From an uncultured Acidobacteriota bacterium (GTDB taxonomy: Bacteria > Acidobacteriota > Thermoanaerobaculia > Multivoradales > SZUA-115), in assembly GCA_963805975.1 (NCBI GenBank), contig CAWDVR010000006.1, positions 128,001 to 192,000 of the forward strand: a DNA stretch of 64,000 nt, written 5' to 3'. Position 1 is the stretch's first letter; the number at the start of each line of letters is the position of its first letter. The position numbers and the translations under genes were made by a program. Below, in pieces: positions 8,860-19,439 of this stretch. Under the pieces are notes generated by a model. That model was not told where the DNA came from, did not search any database, and was given only the letters and a program-made list of their open reading frames with translations.

Positions 8860-10266
8860 GTGAGCGGAGCCGAGCGCAAGAGCGAACAGGAACCGGAGTC
8901 AGGGCGCACCCGCGCCCGGCTGTCGATCGCCGCCCACGAGGTGCCGCTGGCGCTCCAGTGGCACGAAGGCATGCTGCTCGCGCCGCAGCACTTTCAGCAG
9001 TTTGCACTGCGCCAGGACGCGCTCTTCCACTATCACGCCGCCTTGCTTTCCCCGTTCCATTGGGGGGTGCGGCACCTGCGCATCGATCCCGTCCATCTCG
9101 TGGACGGGGTGCTCCGCGTGCTGGAGCTCGACGCCGTGATGCCGGACGGCTTGGTGGTGCACTCGCTGCCCGGCGACGGGCCGGAGCTCTCGGTCGACCT
9201 CGGTCCTCATCTCGACGCCCTGAAGCAGCGCCCGGCGACGGTCCACTTGGCGGTGGCCGGCCACCGGCGGGGCATCGCGCCGGTGGGGGGCGAGATGGCG
9301 CGCTACGAGTCGGTGGACAGCGGGCCGGTGGCGGACGAGAACACCGGCGAGGGTGAGCTCCGCCTGCCGCGGCTGCGACCCAGCCTGCGCCTGCTGGTCG
9401 AGGACGAGCCGCCGGCGCGCTTCTCGAGCTTCCCGCTGGCGCGCGTCGCCTACCGCAACGAGACCTTCGAGCTGCAGCCGACCTTCGTGCCGCCGACGCT
9501 CCGGGTGACGCTCGACTCGGTTCTGGGCGAGCTCTGCCTGGGGGTGGCCCGGCGCCTGCGCGAGAAGGCGGTCTTCCTGGCGGACCAGGTGCGCTCGCCG
9601 TCGATCGCCGCCCGGCCCTCGCAGCTCCTCGAGACGCGCGCCCAGGTCCAGGGTCTCGTTGCCGGTCTGCCGGTGATCGAAGCGATGCTCAACTCCAATT
9701 ACGCGCACCCTTATCCTCTGTTCCTGAGCCTTTGCGCGGTGATGGGATCGGTGGCAGGGGTGGGCAAGGGCCTGGTGCCGCCGGCCTTGCCGCCGTACGA
9801 CCATCACGACCTCTTCTCGACCTTCGACGCGGCCCGCGCCTTCGTCTTCCAGACCCTGGAGGAGGGCATCCTCGAGTCGTTCACCGGCTATGCCTTCGTG
9901 TTGAAGGAGGGCTCGTTCCTGCTGCCCTTCGATCGCCAGTGGGCCGACCGCGACGTGGTGCTCGGGTTGCGCGCCAGGGACGGCGTTCCCGAGGCCGAGA
10001 CCACGGCCTGGATGGAAGGGGCGGTCATCGCCTCGCGGCCGAAGATGCCGGCGCTCGCCGCCAAGCGCATGGCCGGCGCGCCGCGGGCCCGGGTCGAGAG
10101 CGATGGCGACCTGGTGCCGTCACGCGGTGTCAGCCTGTTCTCCCTCTCCCCGGTTCCCGAGCTGGTGACGCCGGGCGAGCTGCTCGAGATCGTCAACCCG
10201 GACGACCCCGGAGGTCGACGCCGGCCGGCGGAGATCGTCCTCTACGTGCGCAACCGGCCTCGCTAG
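8860..10266 (+). CDS. tssK: T6SS baseplate subunit TssK
   Basis: 'WHEGMLLAPQHFQQ', 'FHWGV', 'MPDG' and 'HPYPLF', 'YDHHDL'. Confidence 0.93.
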   Translation: MSGAERKSEQEPESGRTRARLSIAAHEVPLALQWHEGMLLAPQHFQQFALRQDALFHYHAALLSPFHWGVRHLRIDPVHLVDGVLRVLELDAVMPDGLVVHSLPGDGPELSVDLGPHLDALKQRPATVHLAVAGHRRGIAPVGGEMARYESVDSGPVADENTGEGELRLPRLRPSLRLLVEDEPPARFSSFPLARVAYRNETFELQPTFVPPTLRVTLDSVLGELCLGVARRLREKAVFLADQVRSPSIAARPSQLLETRAQVQGLVAGLPVIEAMLNSNYAHPYPLFLSLCAVMGSVAGVGKGLVPPALPPYDHHDLFSTFDAARAFVFQTLEEGILESFTGYAFVLKEGSFLLPFDRQWADRDVVLGLRARDGVPEAETTAWMEGAVIASRPKMPALAAKRMAGAPRARVESDGDLVPSRGVSLFSLSPVPELVTPGELLEIVNPDDPGGRRRPAEIVLYVRNRPR

Positions 10267-10296
10267 GCCTGCCGGCACGCCCCGCCTCGAGCTCCC

Positions 10297-11028
10297 GTGG
10301 ACAGCGCCAACCTCTCGCCGCAGCTCGCCGTCCAGTTCCAGGAGCTCTGCCGTGAGGTGATCCGCCTCAAGCAGCAGATCCTGGCCCCGGACTTCGAGGC
10401 CGGGGACGGGGAGAGCGCCAGCCCGGCCGTGGTCTGGCAGACCCTGGTCAACCTGCTCGAGCGCCAGGCACTGGCCGCGCGGGCCGGCGGCGGCGACCTC
10501 GCGGCAGAGCTCTACAGCCACGCTCAGTTCGTGATGGCGGCGCTCGCCGACGAGGTCTTCCTCAACCTCGACTGGCCGGGTCGCGAGCAGTGGCGAGCCA
10601 ACCTGCTGGAAGCGAAGTTCTTCGGCTCGCACCGCGCCGGCGATATCTTCTTCACTCGCCTCGACGATCTCCTGGCGCGCCGCGGCGCGGTGTACACCGA
10701 TCTCGCCTACGTCTACCTCATGGCGTTGGGGCTGGGCTTCGAAGGCAGGTACCGCGGGGAGGCCGGAGCGGAGGTGGCGCTCGCCGGCTACCGCCAGCGG
10801 CTCTTCAGGTTCATCTTCCACCGCGAGTCGAGCCTCGACGAGGAGGCGCTGGTGCCGCAGGCCTACGGCGTCACCCTGGAAGAAGGGACCGGCCGGCGCC
10901 TGCCGTATCTCAAGCCCTGGATCCTGGCCGGAGTGGCCGTGGTGGTGCTCTGGTTCGTCCTCTCCTTCCCGATCTGGTGGCGTCTGACGGGCGAGCTCGA
11001 GCAGATCCTGCTGGGAATCCTCCAGTGA
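10297..11028 (+). CDS. tssL: T6SS TssL/DotU (no OmpA domain)
   Basis: 'MAALADEVFL', 'LLEAKFFGSHRAGDIFF' and 'LGLGFEGRY'. C-terminal TM helix. Confidence 0.93.
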   Translation: MDSANLSPQLAVQFQELCREVIRLKQQILAPDFEAGDGESASPAVVWQTLVNLLERQALAARAGGGDLAAELYSHAQFVMAALADEVFLNLDWPGREQWRANLLEAKFFGSHRAGDIFFTRLDDLLARRGAVYTDLAYVYLMALGLGFEGRYRGEAGAEVALAGYRQRLFRFIFHRESSLDEEALVPQAYGVTLEEGTGRRLPYLKPWILAGVAVVVLWFVLSFPIWWRLTGELEQILLGILQ

Positions 11029-14000
11029 GCAGGCTGATGGCGGCGTGGCCCGTCCTGCTGGTGATCGTTCTCGCGTTGGCGGTGGCGATCACGCTCTACC
11101 TGGTGAGCCTGCTGCGCAAGGCGAAGCAGAAGGCGCTCATCGAAGAGGAGCCGCCCGCGGCCGCGCCACCGCCGGCCGCGGAAGACGCCGCGGCCGAGCC
11201 GGAGGTCGCGGCCAAGAGAGGGCTCGCGCGCTCGTTCCGGCGCGCCCTTTCCCGCCTCTCCCGCCACGTGGGCGTCCGCCGGGCGCAGTACCGCCTGCCC
11301 TGGGTGCTGCTCTTCGGAGCACCGGGCTCGCGCCCGCGCGACCTCCTGGCCGAGGCCGGGATCAACCTGCCCTTCGGCTCGCCGCTGGGCAGCGAGAGCG
11401 AGAGCGGGCTCGCCTGGTGGATGCTCGATCACGGCGTGGTGCTCGACCTGGACGGCGGCTACGTGCTCGGCGCCGCCGGGCGGAGCACCGGCTCCCTCGG
11501 CTGGGGGCGCTTCCTGCGCCTCACCCAGCGGCACCGGCCCGAGCGGCCGCTCGACGCGGTGGTGCTCACGCTGACCGCCGGCGAGCTCCTCGCGGCGCGG
11601 CGCCAAGGCGCCGCGGGGCTGGCCGATCTCGAACGGCGGGCCGGCTCTTTCTGCCAGAAGCTCTGGCAGGTCGAGAGCGTGCTCGGCATCCGCTGCCCGG
11701 TCTACGTGCTGATCACCGGCTGCGAGGCGCTGCCGAGCTTCGACGGCTTCTGCGCGGCACTGCCGGCGCGGCACTCGACCGAGATGCTCGGCTGGTCCAA
11801 CCCCTACGCGCTCGACGCCGCTTACCGGCCGGGCTGGGTGAAGGAGGCTTTCCGAGGCCTCGTCACCCGCCTGGGCCAGGTGCAGCTCGAGGTCTTCGCC
11901 GAGCCGACCCTGGTCGCGCAAGGCGAAGAGGTGCTGATCTTTCCCGAGGAGGTCGCGGCGCTCGAGGAACCGCTCGCCGTGTACCTCGACCCGCTCTTCC
12001 AGCAGAGCGCCTACCGCGAAGGGCTGCTGCTGCGCGGCATCTACCTGACGGGTGCCGCGCCGGACGCCGCCGGGGCCTCGTCGCGGGGGTACTTGTTCCA
12101 TCACTTCCTCAAGGGCCTCTTCGAGCACAAGATCTTCCGTGAGCGCGGGCTGGCGGAGCCGACCCGCGGCACCTGGCTGGCCAAGAACCGGCGCAAGCTG
12201 GCCACGCAGGCGGCGGTGGCCGCGCTCGCGGTCACGCTCGTCGCCGGCTCGGTCTTCGGCTACTTCTCCCTGCGCCGCGGCCGCGACGACCTCAAGACCT
12301 TCCTCGAGGAGACCGCCATCCACGTCGACGAGCTGCGGCGTGCGCGCGAGGCGGGAAAGCCTCTCGACCGCGGCGTGGTCGTGCGGCAGGCGGCCCACCT
12401 GATGGAGGGCATGTCCAACCTCGACGTGGATCGGCTGGGGTCGTTCTTCCTGCCCGCCTCCTGGGGTTGGTTGACTGACTTCGACGACCACATGGTCGCG
12501 GCCACGGTACGCGTGCAGGAGGACGTGATCTTCCGCGCCATCGGCTTCGACCTCGAGCGGCGTGCCTTGGAGCTCACCAAGGCGCCGTCTCGCGCCTCGG
12601 GCTCCGCCGGGGACTCTGTGGCCTGGCAAGCCGCGGCGGCGGTCGCGGCCGATCCCGGCGTGCTGGTCCTGACCCCTCTCGAGCGCCTGCCGGAGTTCGA
12701 GACCTGGTCGCGCTCGGTTGACGACCTCCAGGCGCTCGAGAACGCGGCCGAGCTCTACAACGGCCTGCCGGAGACCCGCGACCTGAACCACCTGGCGCGG
12801 GTCATCGAGTACCTCTTCGGCAAGCCGCCGCCGAAGGCGCTCTTCGAGCACTCGCGTCTCTACCGCGAGGCCCTCGCCGCCAGCCAGTTCCCGCCCTTCA
12901 AGGTCGCGGACTACGAGGCGGCGGCGGAGGTCCGCGTGGAGGCGCTGGGCCGCGACTTCTACCGGCGCCTGTTCGCCGGCAACGAGGTCTTCGCCGCGCT
13001 CCGCGCGCTGGCGCAGGACCTCGACGGCGTCGCGCACGGTGGCCTGGCGGACATCGAGGTCTTCGCCGACCTGGTGGCGAGGATCGACCTCGTCGAGACC
13101 GCGCTGGCCCAGCCCGAGCTCGACTGGGCGCGGCGCCCGACCTTCGACCTCGGAGCGGCCCACAACGAGACGCTGTCGGAGATCAGCGGCTCGGCGTTCC
13201 TGGGCGCCGACCTGGCGGAGAGCCTGCGCCAGGAAGGGGAAGCGGGCTGGCGGCTGGTGCGCGCCGGGCTCGCCGATCTCGAATCACCGGTCACCGGGCC
13301 GCTCCTGGTGCAGGACGACGGCGAGCCCAGGCTGCAGCTCTCGACCGACACCGTGTTCCTGAAGGCGGCACTCTCGAGCTTTCTCGACGAGAGCTTCCTC
13401 GCGAGCTCCGCGGCGCGCTCCTTCGATTCCACCCTCCGGCCCGGCTCCCGGCTGTTCTGGGACCTGGCGCTGCTCGAGGAGGCGGGGAAGCTCGACGAGG
13501 TCTTCAAGCGCTTCGAGGGCCAGACGCTGACGCTCTTCGCCGAGGCCCTGCGCCCTGCCATCAGCGACGTGGCCCGCGCCGAGCTGGGGGCGCGGATGGA
13601 GGACCTGATCGCCCGCGCCCAACGCTTCGAGCCGATGCCGGAAGCCGTCTCGCCGTTGCTCGCGGAGGCCGAGCTGGGAGACGAGATCGAGAGCTTCTCG
13701 CAGGCGGCCAAGCCGCTCCACCAGCTCGCCGACGCCTTCGGCCGCCTGCGCCTGGTGCGCCGCCAGCAGGCCCTCTCCGGGCTGGTGGCGGAGCAGGGGG
13801 CGGGCCTCCTGGCCGAGGTGGATCGCCTGCTGGTCGCCGGCGCCCCCTACCGGCCGCGGCAGGGTGACTTCTCCTGGTGGCAGGGAGAGGCGCAGGTGGC
13901 GCTCACCGCCTTCGACGTGGCGGACACGGCCGAGCTCGAGGCGTACCTCGCCGCCGAGCGGGAGCGCGCCAAGCGGCTGGCGACCGGCTATGCGCAGCCG

Positions 14001-15263
14001 CTCGTCACCTGGCTGGGGAAGAGCCCGATCGTGCGCCGGCCCGACGTCGCCGCGCTCTTCCGGCGCTGGGAAGGGATCCTGGTCGCGCTCCAGGAGTACG
14101 AGGCCAAGAAGCCGGGCAACGCGGTCGCCGAGCTCGAGAGCTTCATCACCGCCGACATGGCGCGGATCGATCCCAGGAGCTGCGCTCCCGGCCAGGCCAC
14201 GGCCGCGGCATCGCTCGCCGCAGGGACGGCTCCCGAGCGGCCACCGGAGCGCCCCGCGCCGCAGGCAAGCCGTCCCGCGCCGACCAGCTTCTTCCTCTGG
14301 CGCCGGCACGAGCTGGCGCGCCAGCTCGGGGAGCGCTGCCGCGACCTGGCGGCGGAGCAGGCCCGCGGCGAGTACGACCGGCTGGCGCGCTTCTTCAACG
14401 AGCACCTGGCAGGGCGGTTCCCGTTCGCGGCCCGGGCGCCGACGGCATTCGCCGCGGAAGCCGAGCTGGCGGACCTCGAAGCCTTCTTCGAGCTCTTCGA
14501 CGCCAGCGTCCAGACCCTGCGGAACGCGCAGGCGGACGACCCCGCGGCCCTCGGCACGGCGGGCTCGGCGGTGATGGGGTTCTGCGATCGCATGAGCGCG
14601 GTGCGGACCTTTTTCGCCTCCTACCTCGACAGCACCGAGCGCGAGCCGCAGCTCACCCTCGACCTCGACGTCGACTTCCGCGTCCTGCGCCAGCCGGCCA
14701 CGGGTACCAGTGGGGGGGCCGCGGTGCCGGCGGCGGAGAGCTCGGAGAAGGAGATCGGCGGCGAGCGCATCATCGATTGGCGGCTGGCGGTGGGCGATCG
14801 CGAGGTCAGTCACCGGGACACCGAGCGCCACCTCGCCTGGCGGCCGGGCCTGCCCGTCCGCCTCGGCCTGCGCTGGGCCGAGGACTCGCCGCGCCTGCCT
14901 GCCGCACCCTGGCTGGCCGCGGACGGCCGCACCGTGCTCTACGAGTACCGGAACCGTTGGTCGCTGCTCGCTCTCCTGGCCGAGCATCCGAGCCAGGACC
15001 CCCGGCCGCACACCCTGCGCTTCGAGATCACGACCGAGCCCAACCCCGAGCTCGCGGGCGCCGGGGGTGAAGCCGACGGCGGCCCGTCGCTGGCGCCGGA
15101 CGAGCCGGCGACGCAGGTCTACGTGCGGGTGACGCTGCGGCCGCCGGCGGTCGAGGGCAAGCCGGCGGAGGTGCTGCGGTTCCCCGATTTCCCGGTGGTG
15201 GCGCCGTCCCGGCAGAGCGCGGGCGAGCGCACCGTGGCCGGCGGCAGAGAGGTGTCGCGATGA
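11025..15263 (+). CDS. tssM: T6SS membrane subunit TssM/IcmF
   Basis: GTG overlaps the tssL stop. 'YRLPWVLLFG', 'RPERPLDAVVLT', 'PVYVLIT', 'LRGIYLTG' and 'LAGRFPF'. Confidence 0.9.
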   Translation: MSRLMAAWPVLLVIVLALAVAITLYLVSLLRKAKQKALIEEEPPAAAPPPAAEDAAAEPEVAAKRGLARSFRRALSRLSRHVGVRRAQYRLPWVLLFGAPGSRPRDLLAEAGINLPFGSPLGSESESGLAWWMLDHGVVLDLDGGYVLGAAGRSTGSLGWGRFLRLTQRHRPERPLDAVVLTLTAGELLAARRQGAAGLADLERRAGSFCQKLWQVESVLGIRCPVYVLITGCEALPSFDGFCAALPARHSTEMLGWSNPYALDAAYRPGWVKEAFRGLVTRLGQVQLEVFAEPTLVAQGEEVLIFPEEVAALEEPLAVYLDPLFQQSAYREGLLLRGIYLTGAAPDAAGASSRGYLFHHFLKGLFEHKIFRERGLAEPTRGTWLAKNRRKLATQAAVAALAVTLVAGSVFGYFSLRRGRDDLKTFLEETAIHVDELRRAREAGKPLDRGVVVRQAAHLMEGMSNLDVDRLGSFFLPASWGWLTDFDDHMVAATVRVQEDVIFRAIGFDLERRALELTKAPSRASGSAGDSVAWQAAAAVAADPGVLVLTPLERLPEFETWSRSVDDLQALENAAELYNGLPETRDLNHLARVIEYLFGKPPPKALFEHSRLYREALAASQFPPFKVADYEAAAEVRVEALGRDFYRRLFAGNEVFAALRALAQDLDGVAHGGLADIEVFADLVARIDLVETALAQPELDWARRPTFDLGAAHNETLSEISGSAFLGADLAESLRQEGEAGWRLVRAGLADLESPVTGPLLVQDDGEPRLQLSTDTVFLKAALSSFLDESFLASSAARSFDSTLRPGSRLFWDLALLEEAGKLDEVFKRFEGQTLTLFAEALRPAISDVARAELGARMEDLIARAQRFEPMPEAVSPLLAEAELGDEIESFSQAAKPLHQLADAFGRLRLVRRQQALSGLVAEQGAGLLAEVDRLLVAGAPYRPRQGDFSWWQGEAQVALTAFDVADTAELEAYLAAERERAKRLATGYAQPLVTWLGKSPIVRRPDVAALFRRWEGILVALQEYEAKKPGNAVAELESFITADMARIDPRSCAPGQATAAASLAAGTAPERPPERPAPQASRPAPTSFFLWRRHELARQLGERCRDLAAEQARGEYDRLARFFNEHLAGRFPFAARAPTAFAAEAELADLEAFFELFDASVQTLRNAQADDPAALGTAGSAVMGFCDRMSAVRTFFASYLDSTEREPQLTLDLDVDFRVLRQPATGTSGGAAVPAAESSEKEIGGERIIDWRLAVGDREVSHRDTERHLAWRPGLPVRLGLRWAEDSPRLPAAPWLAADGRTVLYEYRNRWSLLALLAEHPSQDPRPHTLRFEITTEPNPELAGAGGEADGGPSLAPDEPATQVYVRVTLRPPAVEGKPAEVLRFPDFPVVAPSRQSAGERTVAGGREVSR

Positions 15264-16348
15264 GCTGGATGGACCTCGAAGGATTGCTGGCGCCGATCTC
15301 GGGAGCGTCGGCCACGGGCGAACCGCTGCGCTACGACGCGCTTTACGACACCCTCAAGGAGCTGCGGCGGGAGGACGACCCCACCCTGCCGCAGGGGGTA
15401 TGGAAGCACGAGCTCAAGCGCGCCGACTGGAGCCAGATCGAGAGCCTAGCCGGGGAGGCTATCGCCCGGCGGAGCAAGGATCTGCAGCTCGCGGGCTGGC
15501 TCGCCGAGGCGTGGACCCACCTCTACGGCTTTGGCGGCGCCCGCCAGGGCCTCGAGCTCCTGGCCGAGCTCGTCCGCCGCTTCTGGGACGACGTCCACCC
15601 GGTGGCAGGCAACGGCGACATCGAGGTCCGGCTGGCGCCGCTGCGCTGGATCAACGACCAGTTGGCGAAGACGCTGCGTCTCGTGCCGCTCACCCGGCCG
15701 GACGCCGAGGAGGCGCCGGTCTGCACCTGGGGCGACTGGGAGGACAGCCTCTACCTTTCCCGCCTGGCCGCCACCGACCGCGAAGGCGCGGCCCGCGCCG
15801 AGGCGGCCGGCCGCATCACCCAGCCGCGCTTCTTCCTCTCCGTCAACCTGACCTCGGGCAGCCACTTCCTGCGCCTCTCCGAGCAAGTGGCCGGCGTCGA
15901 AGCGGCGATCGGCAACCTCGACGCGGTGCTGACCGAGCGCTGCGGCCGGGGTATGGTGAGCCTGGCGGCGCTCGGCGAGACCACGGCGGCGATCGGCGCC
16001 TTCCTCGGCCGCATCCTCTCGGAACGGGTGGACGCGGGCGAGCTCGCGCCCTCGCTGATGGAGGAGCCGTCGGGGGAGGGGGGCTCGCCCTGGGCCGCCG
16101 AGCTCAGCGCCCACGCCCCGGCGCCCGGCCGCATCACCAGCCGCGCCGAGGCCTACCAGCGGCTGACCGAGGCCGCCGAGTACCTGCTCCGCACCGAGCC
16201 CCACAGCCCGGCGCCCTACCTGGTCCGGCGCGCCGTGCTGTGGGGCAACCTGAGCCTGGCCGAGCTGCTCGCCGAGCTGCTCGCCGGCAAGGCCGATCTC
16301 GCGACCATTTACGCTCTGCTCGGCATCAAACGCATGGACGTCTCTTGA
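15260..16348 (+). CDS. tssA: T6SS TssA (ImpA_N domain, short form)
   Basis: 'LLAPISG...GEPLRY', 'SKDLQLAGWLAEAW' and 'EPHSPAPYLV'. Confidence 0.92.
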   Translation: MSWMDLEGLLAPISGASATGEPLRYDALYDTLKELRREDDPTLPQGVWKHELKRADWSQIESLAGEAIARRSKDLQLAGWLAEAWTHLYGFGGARQGLELLAELVRRFWDDVHPVAGNGDIEVRLAPLRWINDQLAKTLRLVPLTRPDAEEAPVCTWGDWEDSLYLSRLAATDREGAARAEAAGRITQPRFFLSVNLTSGSHFLRLSEQVAGVEAAIGNLDAVLTERCGRGMVSLAALGETTAAIGAFLGRILSERVDAGELAPSLMEEPSGEGGSPWAAELSAHAPAPGRITSRAEAYQRLTEAAEYLLRTEPHSPAPYLVRRAVLWGNLSLAELLAELLAGKADLATIYALLGIKRMDVS

Positions 16349-16440
16349 GGAAGGAAAGGAGGTGCTTACGAGCCCACCGTTGGCGACCCGTGTGATGAAA
16401 CGAAACTTCCCACTTAGAAGCACTTGACAGGAGCAATCTC

Positions 16441-16959
16441 ATGGGCGAGAGCAATCAGCACAAGCTGAGCCGCGTGCGACCACCGCGGGTTCAGATCACC
16501 TACGACGTGGAGACCGGCGGCGCCATCGAGATGAAGGAGCTGCCGTTCATCGTCGGCATCCTGGCGGATCTCTCCGGCAAGCCGGAGGAGCCGCTGCCCG
16601 GCCTCAAGGAGCGCAAGTTCGTCGAGATCGACCGCGACAACTTCAACGACGTGATGGCTTCCCTCAAGCCGCGCGTCGCCTTACAGGTGGCGAACAAGCT
16701 CAACGGCGACGAGGACAAGAAGCTCAACGTGGCGCTCAACTTCAAGAGCATCGACGACTTCCATCCCGCCTCGATCGTGAAGCAGGTGGAGCCGCTCAAG
16801 AAGCTCTTCGAGGCGCGGCAGCGGCTGCGCGACCTGATGGCCAAGCTCGACGGCAACGATGACCTCGACGCGCTGCTGCAGGACGTGGCGACCAACACCG
16901 AAAGCCAGCAGCAGATCAAGAACCAGCTCGGCGAAGGCGGAGGTAAGACCGATGGCTGA
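16441..16959 (+). CDS. tssB: T6SS contractile sheath small subunit
   Basis: 'RVRPPRVQITYDVETGGA', 'ELPFIVGILADLSG' and 'DDFHP'. Confidence 0.97.
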   Translation: MGESNQHKLSRVRPPRVQITYDVETGGAIEMKELPFIVGILADLSGKPEEPLPGLKERKFVEIDRDNFNDVMASLKPRVALQVANKLNGDEDKKLNVALNFKSIDDFHPASIVKQVEPLKKLFEARQRLRDLMAKLDGNDDLDALLQDVATNTESQQQIKNQLGEGGGKTDG

Positions 16960-18453
16960 CAAGAAGAAGGATGAGGCCGCTGCGGCCCCGGCGGCGGAGA
17001 GTGCGGCGGCGACCGAGATCACGCTCCTCGACAAGGTCATCGCCGAAGGCAGGATGGCGCGCGACGACAGCCAGAAGGCGCTCGCCCGCGACCTGGTGGG
17101 CGAGTTCGTGCACCAGGTGGTGGACGAAGGCATGACGGTGGGCACCGACACCCTGGCGTCGATCGAGGACCAAATCGCCAAGATCGACGCGATCCTGTCG
17201 GCGCAGCTCAACGAGATCCTGCACGACCCCGAGCTCCAGCGTCTCGAGGCCTCGTGGCGGGGCCTGCACTACCTGGTGATGAACACCGAGACCGGCACCA
17301 AGCTCAAGCTGCGGCTGCTCAACGTCGTCCAAGAGTGAGCTGCAGAAGGACCTCGAGTCGGCCACCGAGTTCGACCAGAGCAATCTCTTCAAGAAGGTCT
17401 ACGAGGAGGAGTACGGCACCTTCGGCGGCAACCCCTACAGCTTGCTGGTGGGCGACTACGAGTTCGGCCGCAACACCGCAGGACATGACGCTCCTGGGGC
17501 TGCTCTCGAACGTGGCGGCGGCGGCCCACGCGCCGTTCATCGCCGCGGCCTCGCCGGCGCTGTTCGACATGGACAGCTTCACCGAGCTCGGCAACCCCCG
17601 CGATCTGGCCAAGACTTTCGGAGTCGACCGAGCTCATCAAGTGGACGCTCGTTCCGCAGAGCGAGGACTCGCGCTACGTGTCGCTGGTGCTGCCGCACAT
17701 CCTGCTGCGCCTGCCCTACGGGCCGGAGACCCTGCCGGTCGAGGAGTTCAACTTCGAGGAGGAGGTGGACGGCAGCGACCACCGCCGCTACCTGTGGGGC
17801 AACGCCGCCTATGCGCTGGCCCAGCGCATCACCAACGCCTTCGCGCTCTACGGCTGGTGCGCCGCGATCCGCGGCGTCGAGGGCGGCGGCAAGGTCGAGG
17901 GCCTGCCGGTGCACACCTTCAAGACCGACGAGGGCGACTGGCGCTCAAGTGCCCGACCGAGATCGCCATCACCGACCGCCGCGAGAACGAGCTCAACAAC
18001 CTGGGCTTCATCTCGCTCTGCCACTGCAAGGGCACGGACTACGCCGTGTTCTTCGGCGGCCAGACCACCCAGAAGCCCAAGCTCTACGACACCGACGAGG
18101 CCAACGCCAACGCGCGGATCTCGGCCCGCCTGCCCTACATCCTGGCGGCGTCGCGTTTCGCCCACTACCTCAAGGTGATCTGCCGCGACAAGATCGGCAG
18201 CTTCCAGACCCGCTCCACCATGACCCTGTTCCTCAACCGCTGGATCAACACCTACGTCCTCGCCACCGACGAGGCCGGCCAGGAGCTCAAGGCCCGCTAC
18301 CCGCTGCGCGACGCCCGCATCGACGTCTCGGACATGCCCGGCAAGCCCGGCGCTTTCCGCGCCGTGGCCTTCCTGCGGCCTCACTTCCAGCTCGAAGAGC
18401 TGACCACCTCGATCCGCCTGGTGGCCGAGCTGCCGCCGCCAGCAGCGGCCTAA
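16952..18453 (+). CDS. tssC: T6SS contractile sheath large subunit, broken by several 1-nt indels (probable sequencing errors; otherwise a pseudogene)
   Basis: Consecutive TssC motifs fall in different frames: 'LEASWRGL', 'GDYEF', 'AAAAHAPFI', 'LLRLPYG', 'WGNAAY', '[13 protein letters not shown]' and 'PHFQLEEL'. Shifts occur near 17327, 17472, 17620 and 17938, with a compensating pair near 17646/17659. Confidence 0.92.
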
Positions 18454-18472
18454 GGACCCAAGGAGAACGCGC

Positions 18473-18979
18473 ATGGCAACCAACATGTATCTCAAGTTCG
18501 AGGAGCCCGGGATCACCTCGGGCTCGACCGCGGCGGAGCACGCCAACGAGATCGAGGTGCTGTCCTGGAACCACGGTTTCGCCCAGCCCACCTCGTCCAC
18601 CCGCTCGACGGCCGGCAGTGGCACCGTGGAGCAGGCCAACCACCAGAACTTCTCGTTCTCGAAGTACCTCGACCAGTCGACCACCGAGCTCATGAAGTAC
18701 TGCTGGGGAGGTAAGCAGTTCGGCAAGGCGACGCTCTCCTGCTTCCGTTCCGACGGCGCCACCGACAACAAGCCGGTCAAGTACCTCGAGGTGCTGATGA
18801 CCCACGTCGTGATCTCGAACCAGAGCCTGTCGGGCGGGCCCGGCGACATCCCGGTGGAGAACATCTCGCTCGACTACGGCACCATCCAGTACACCTACAC
18901 CGATCAAAAGCAGGCCGACGGCACCGGCGGCGGCAACAAGCCGGCCAAGCACGACCTGGAGCAGCGCAAGATTGCCTAG
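18473..18979 (+). CDS. hcp: T6SS tube protein Hcp
   Basis: '[13 protein letters not shown]', 'FSKYLDQST' and '[12 protein letters not shown]'. RBS AGGAG upstream. Confidence 0.96.
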   Translation: MATNMYLKFEEPGITSGSTAAEHANEIEVLSWNHGFAQPTSSTRSTAGSGTVEQANHQNFSFSKYLDQSTTELMKYCWGGKQFGKATLSCFRSDGATDNKPVKYLEVLMTHVVISNQSLSGGPGDIPVENISLDYGTIQYTYTDQKQADGTGGGNKPAKHDLEQRKIA

Positions 18980-19439
18980 TGCGGCCCGCACCCCGCTGTT
19001 CGACCGCCTGGTCGACGAGCACCCCGGCACCCACCACGAGGCGCCGCCGGCGCGTACTTTGACGCGCGCCGGTGTCGTCGAGTCGGTGCGGCGGGAGCTG
19101 GAGCGGCTGTTCAACACCCGGCTCTCCCTCCCGCCGCACCGGCTCGAAGGCCGGCAGCGCTCGGTGATCGACTACGGCATCCCTGACTTCCGCGACGCCT
19201 CGCCGGGCAACGCGGCCGACCGCGAGCGGCTGGCCCGCGCCCTGACCGAGGCGGTCACGGCCTTCGAGCCGCGCCTCCGGCAGGTGCGGGTCGAGGTGGA
19301 GGCCCCGGCCGAGGGGCAGGAAGGCCTGACAGCCCGCTTCTCCGCCCTGCTGACCACCGAATCCATGCCCGAGCCCATCTCTTTCATGACCGTCTTCGCC
19401 CAGCGCCGCAACGGGGTGGAGGTCCATGCAGCCGCTTGA
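18972..19439 (+). CDS. tssE: T6SS baseplate subunit TssE (gp25-like)
   Basis: 'PLFDRLVD', 'LERLFNTR', 'YGIPD' and 'FEPRL'. Confidence 0.92.
   Translation: MPSAARTPLFDRLVDEHPGTHHEAPPARTLTRAGVVESVRRELERLFNTRLSLPPHRLEGRQRSVIDYGIPDFRDASPGNAADRERLARALTEAVTAFEPRLRQVRVEVEAPAEGQEGLTARFSALLTTESMPEPISFMTVFAQRRNGVEVHAAA

Noticed and set aside
16349-16440. Sigma54 promoter or CRP site between tssA and tssB
   Set aside because: TGGC lacks a correctly spaced TTGC, and TGTGA lacks its partner half-site. Only an RBS (AGGAG) is clear.
17320-17940. Programmed frameshifting or phase variation in tssC
   Set aside because: The shifts are numerous, go in both directions and do not sit in slippery heptamers or long homopolymers. 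They fit sequencing error better.
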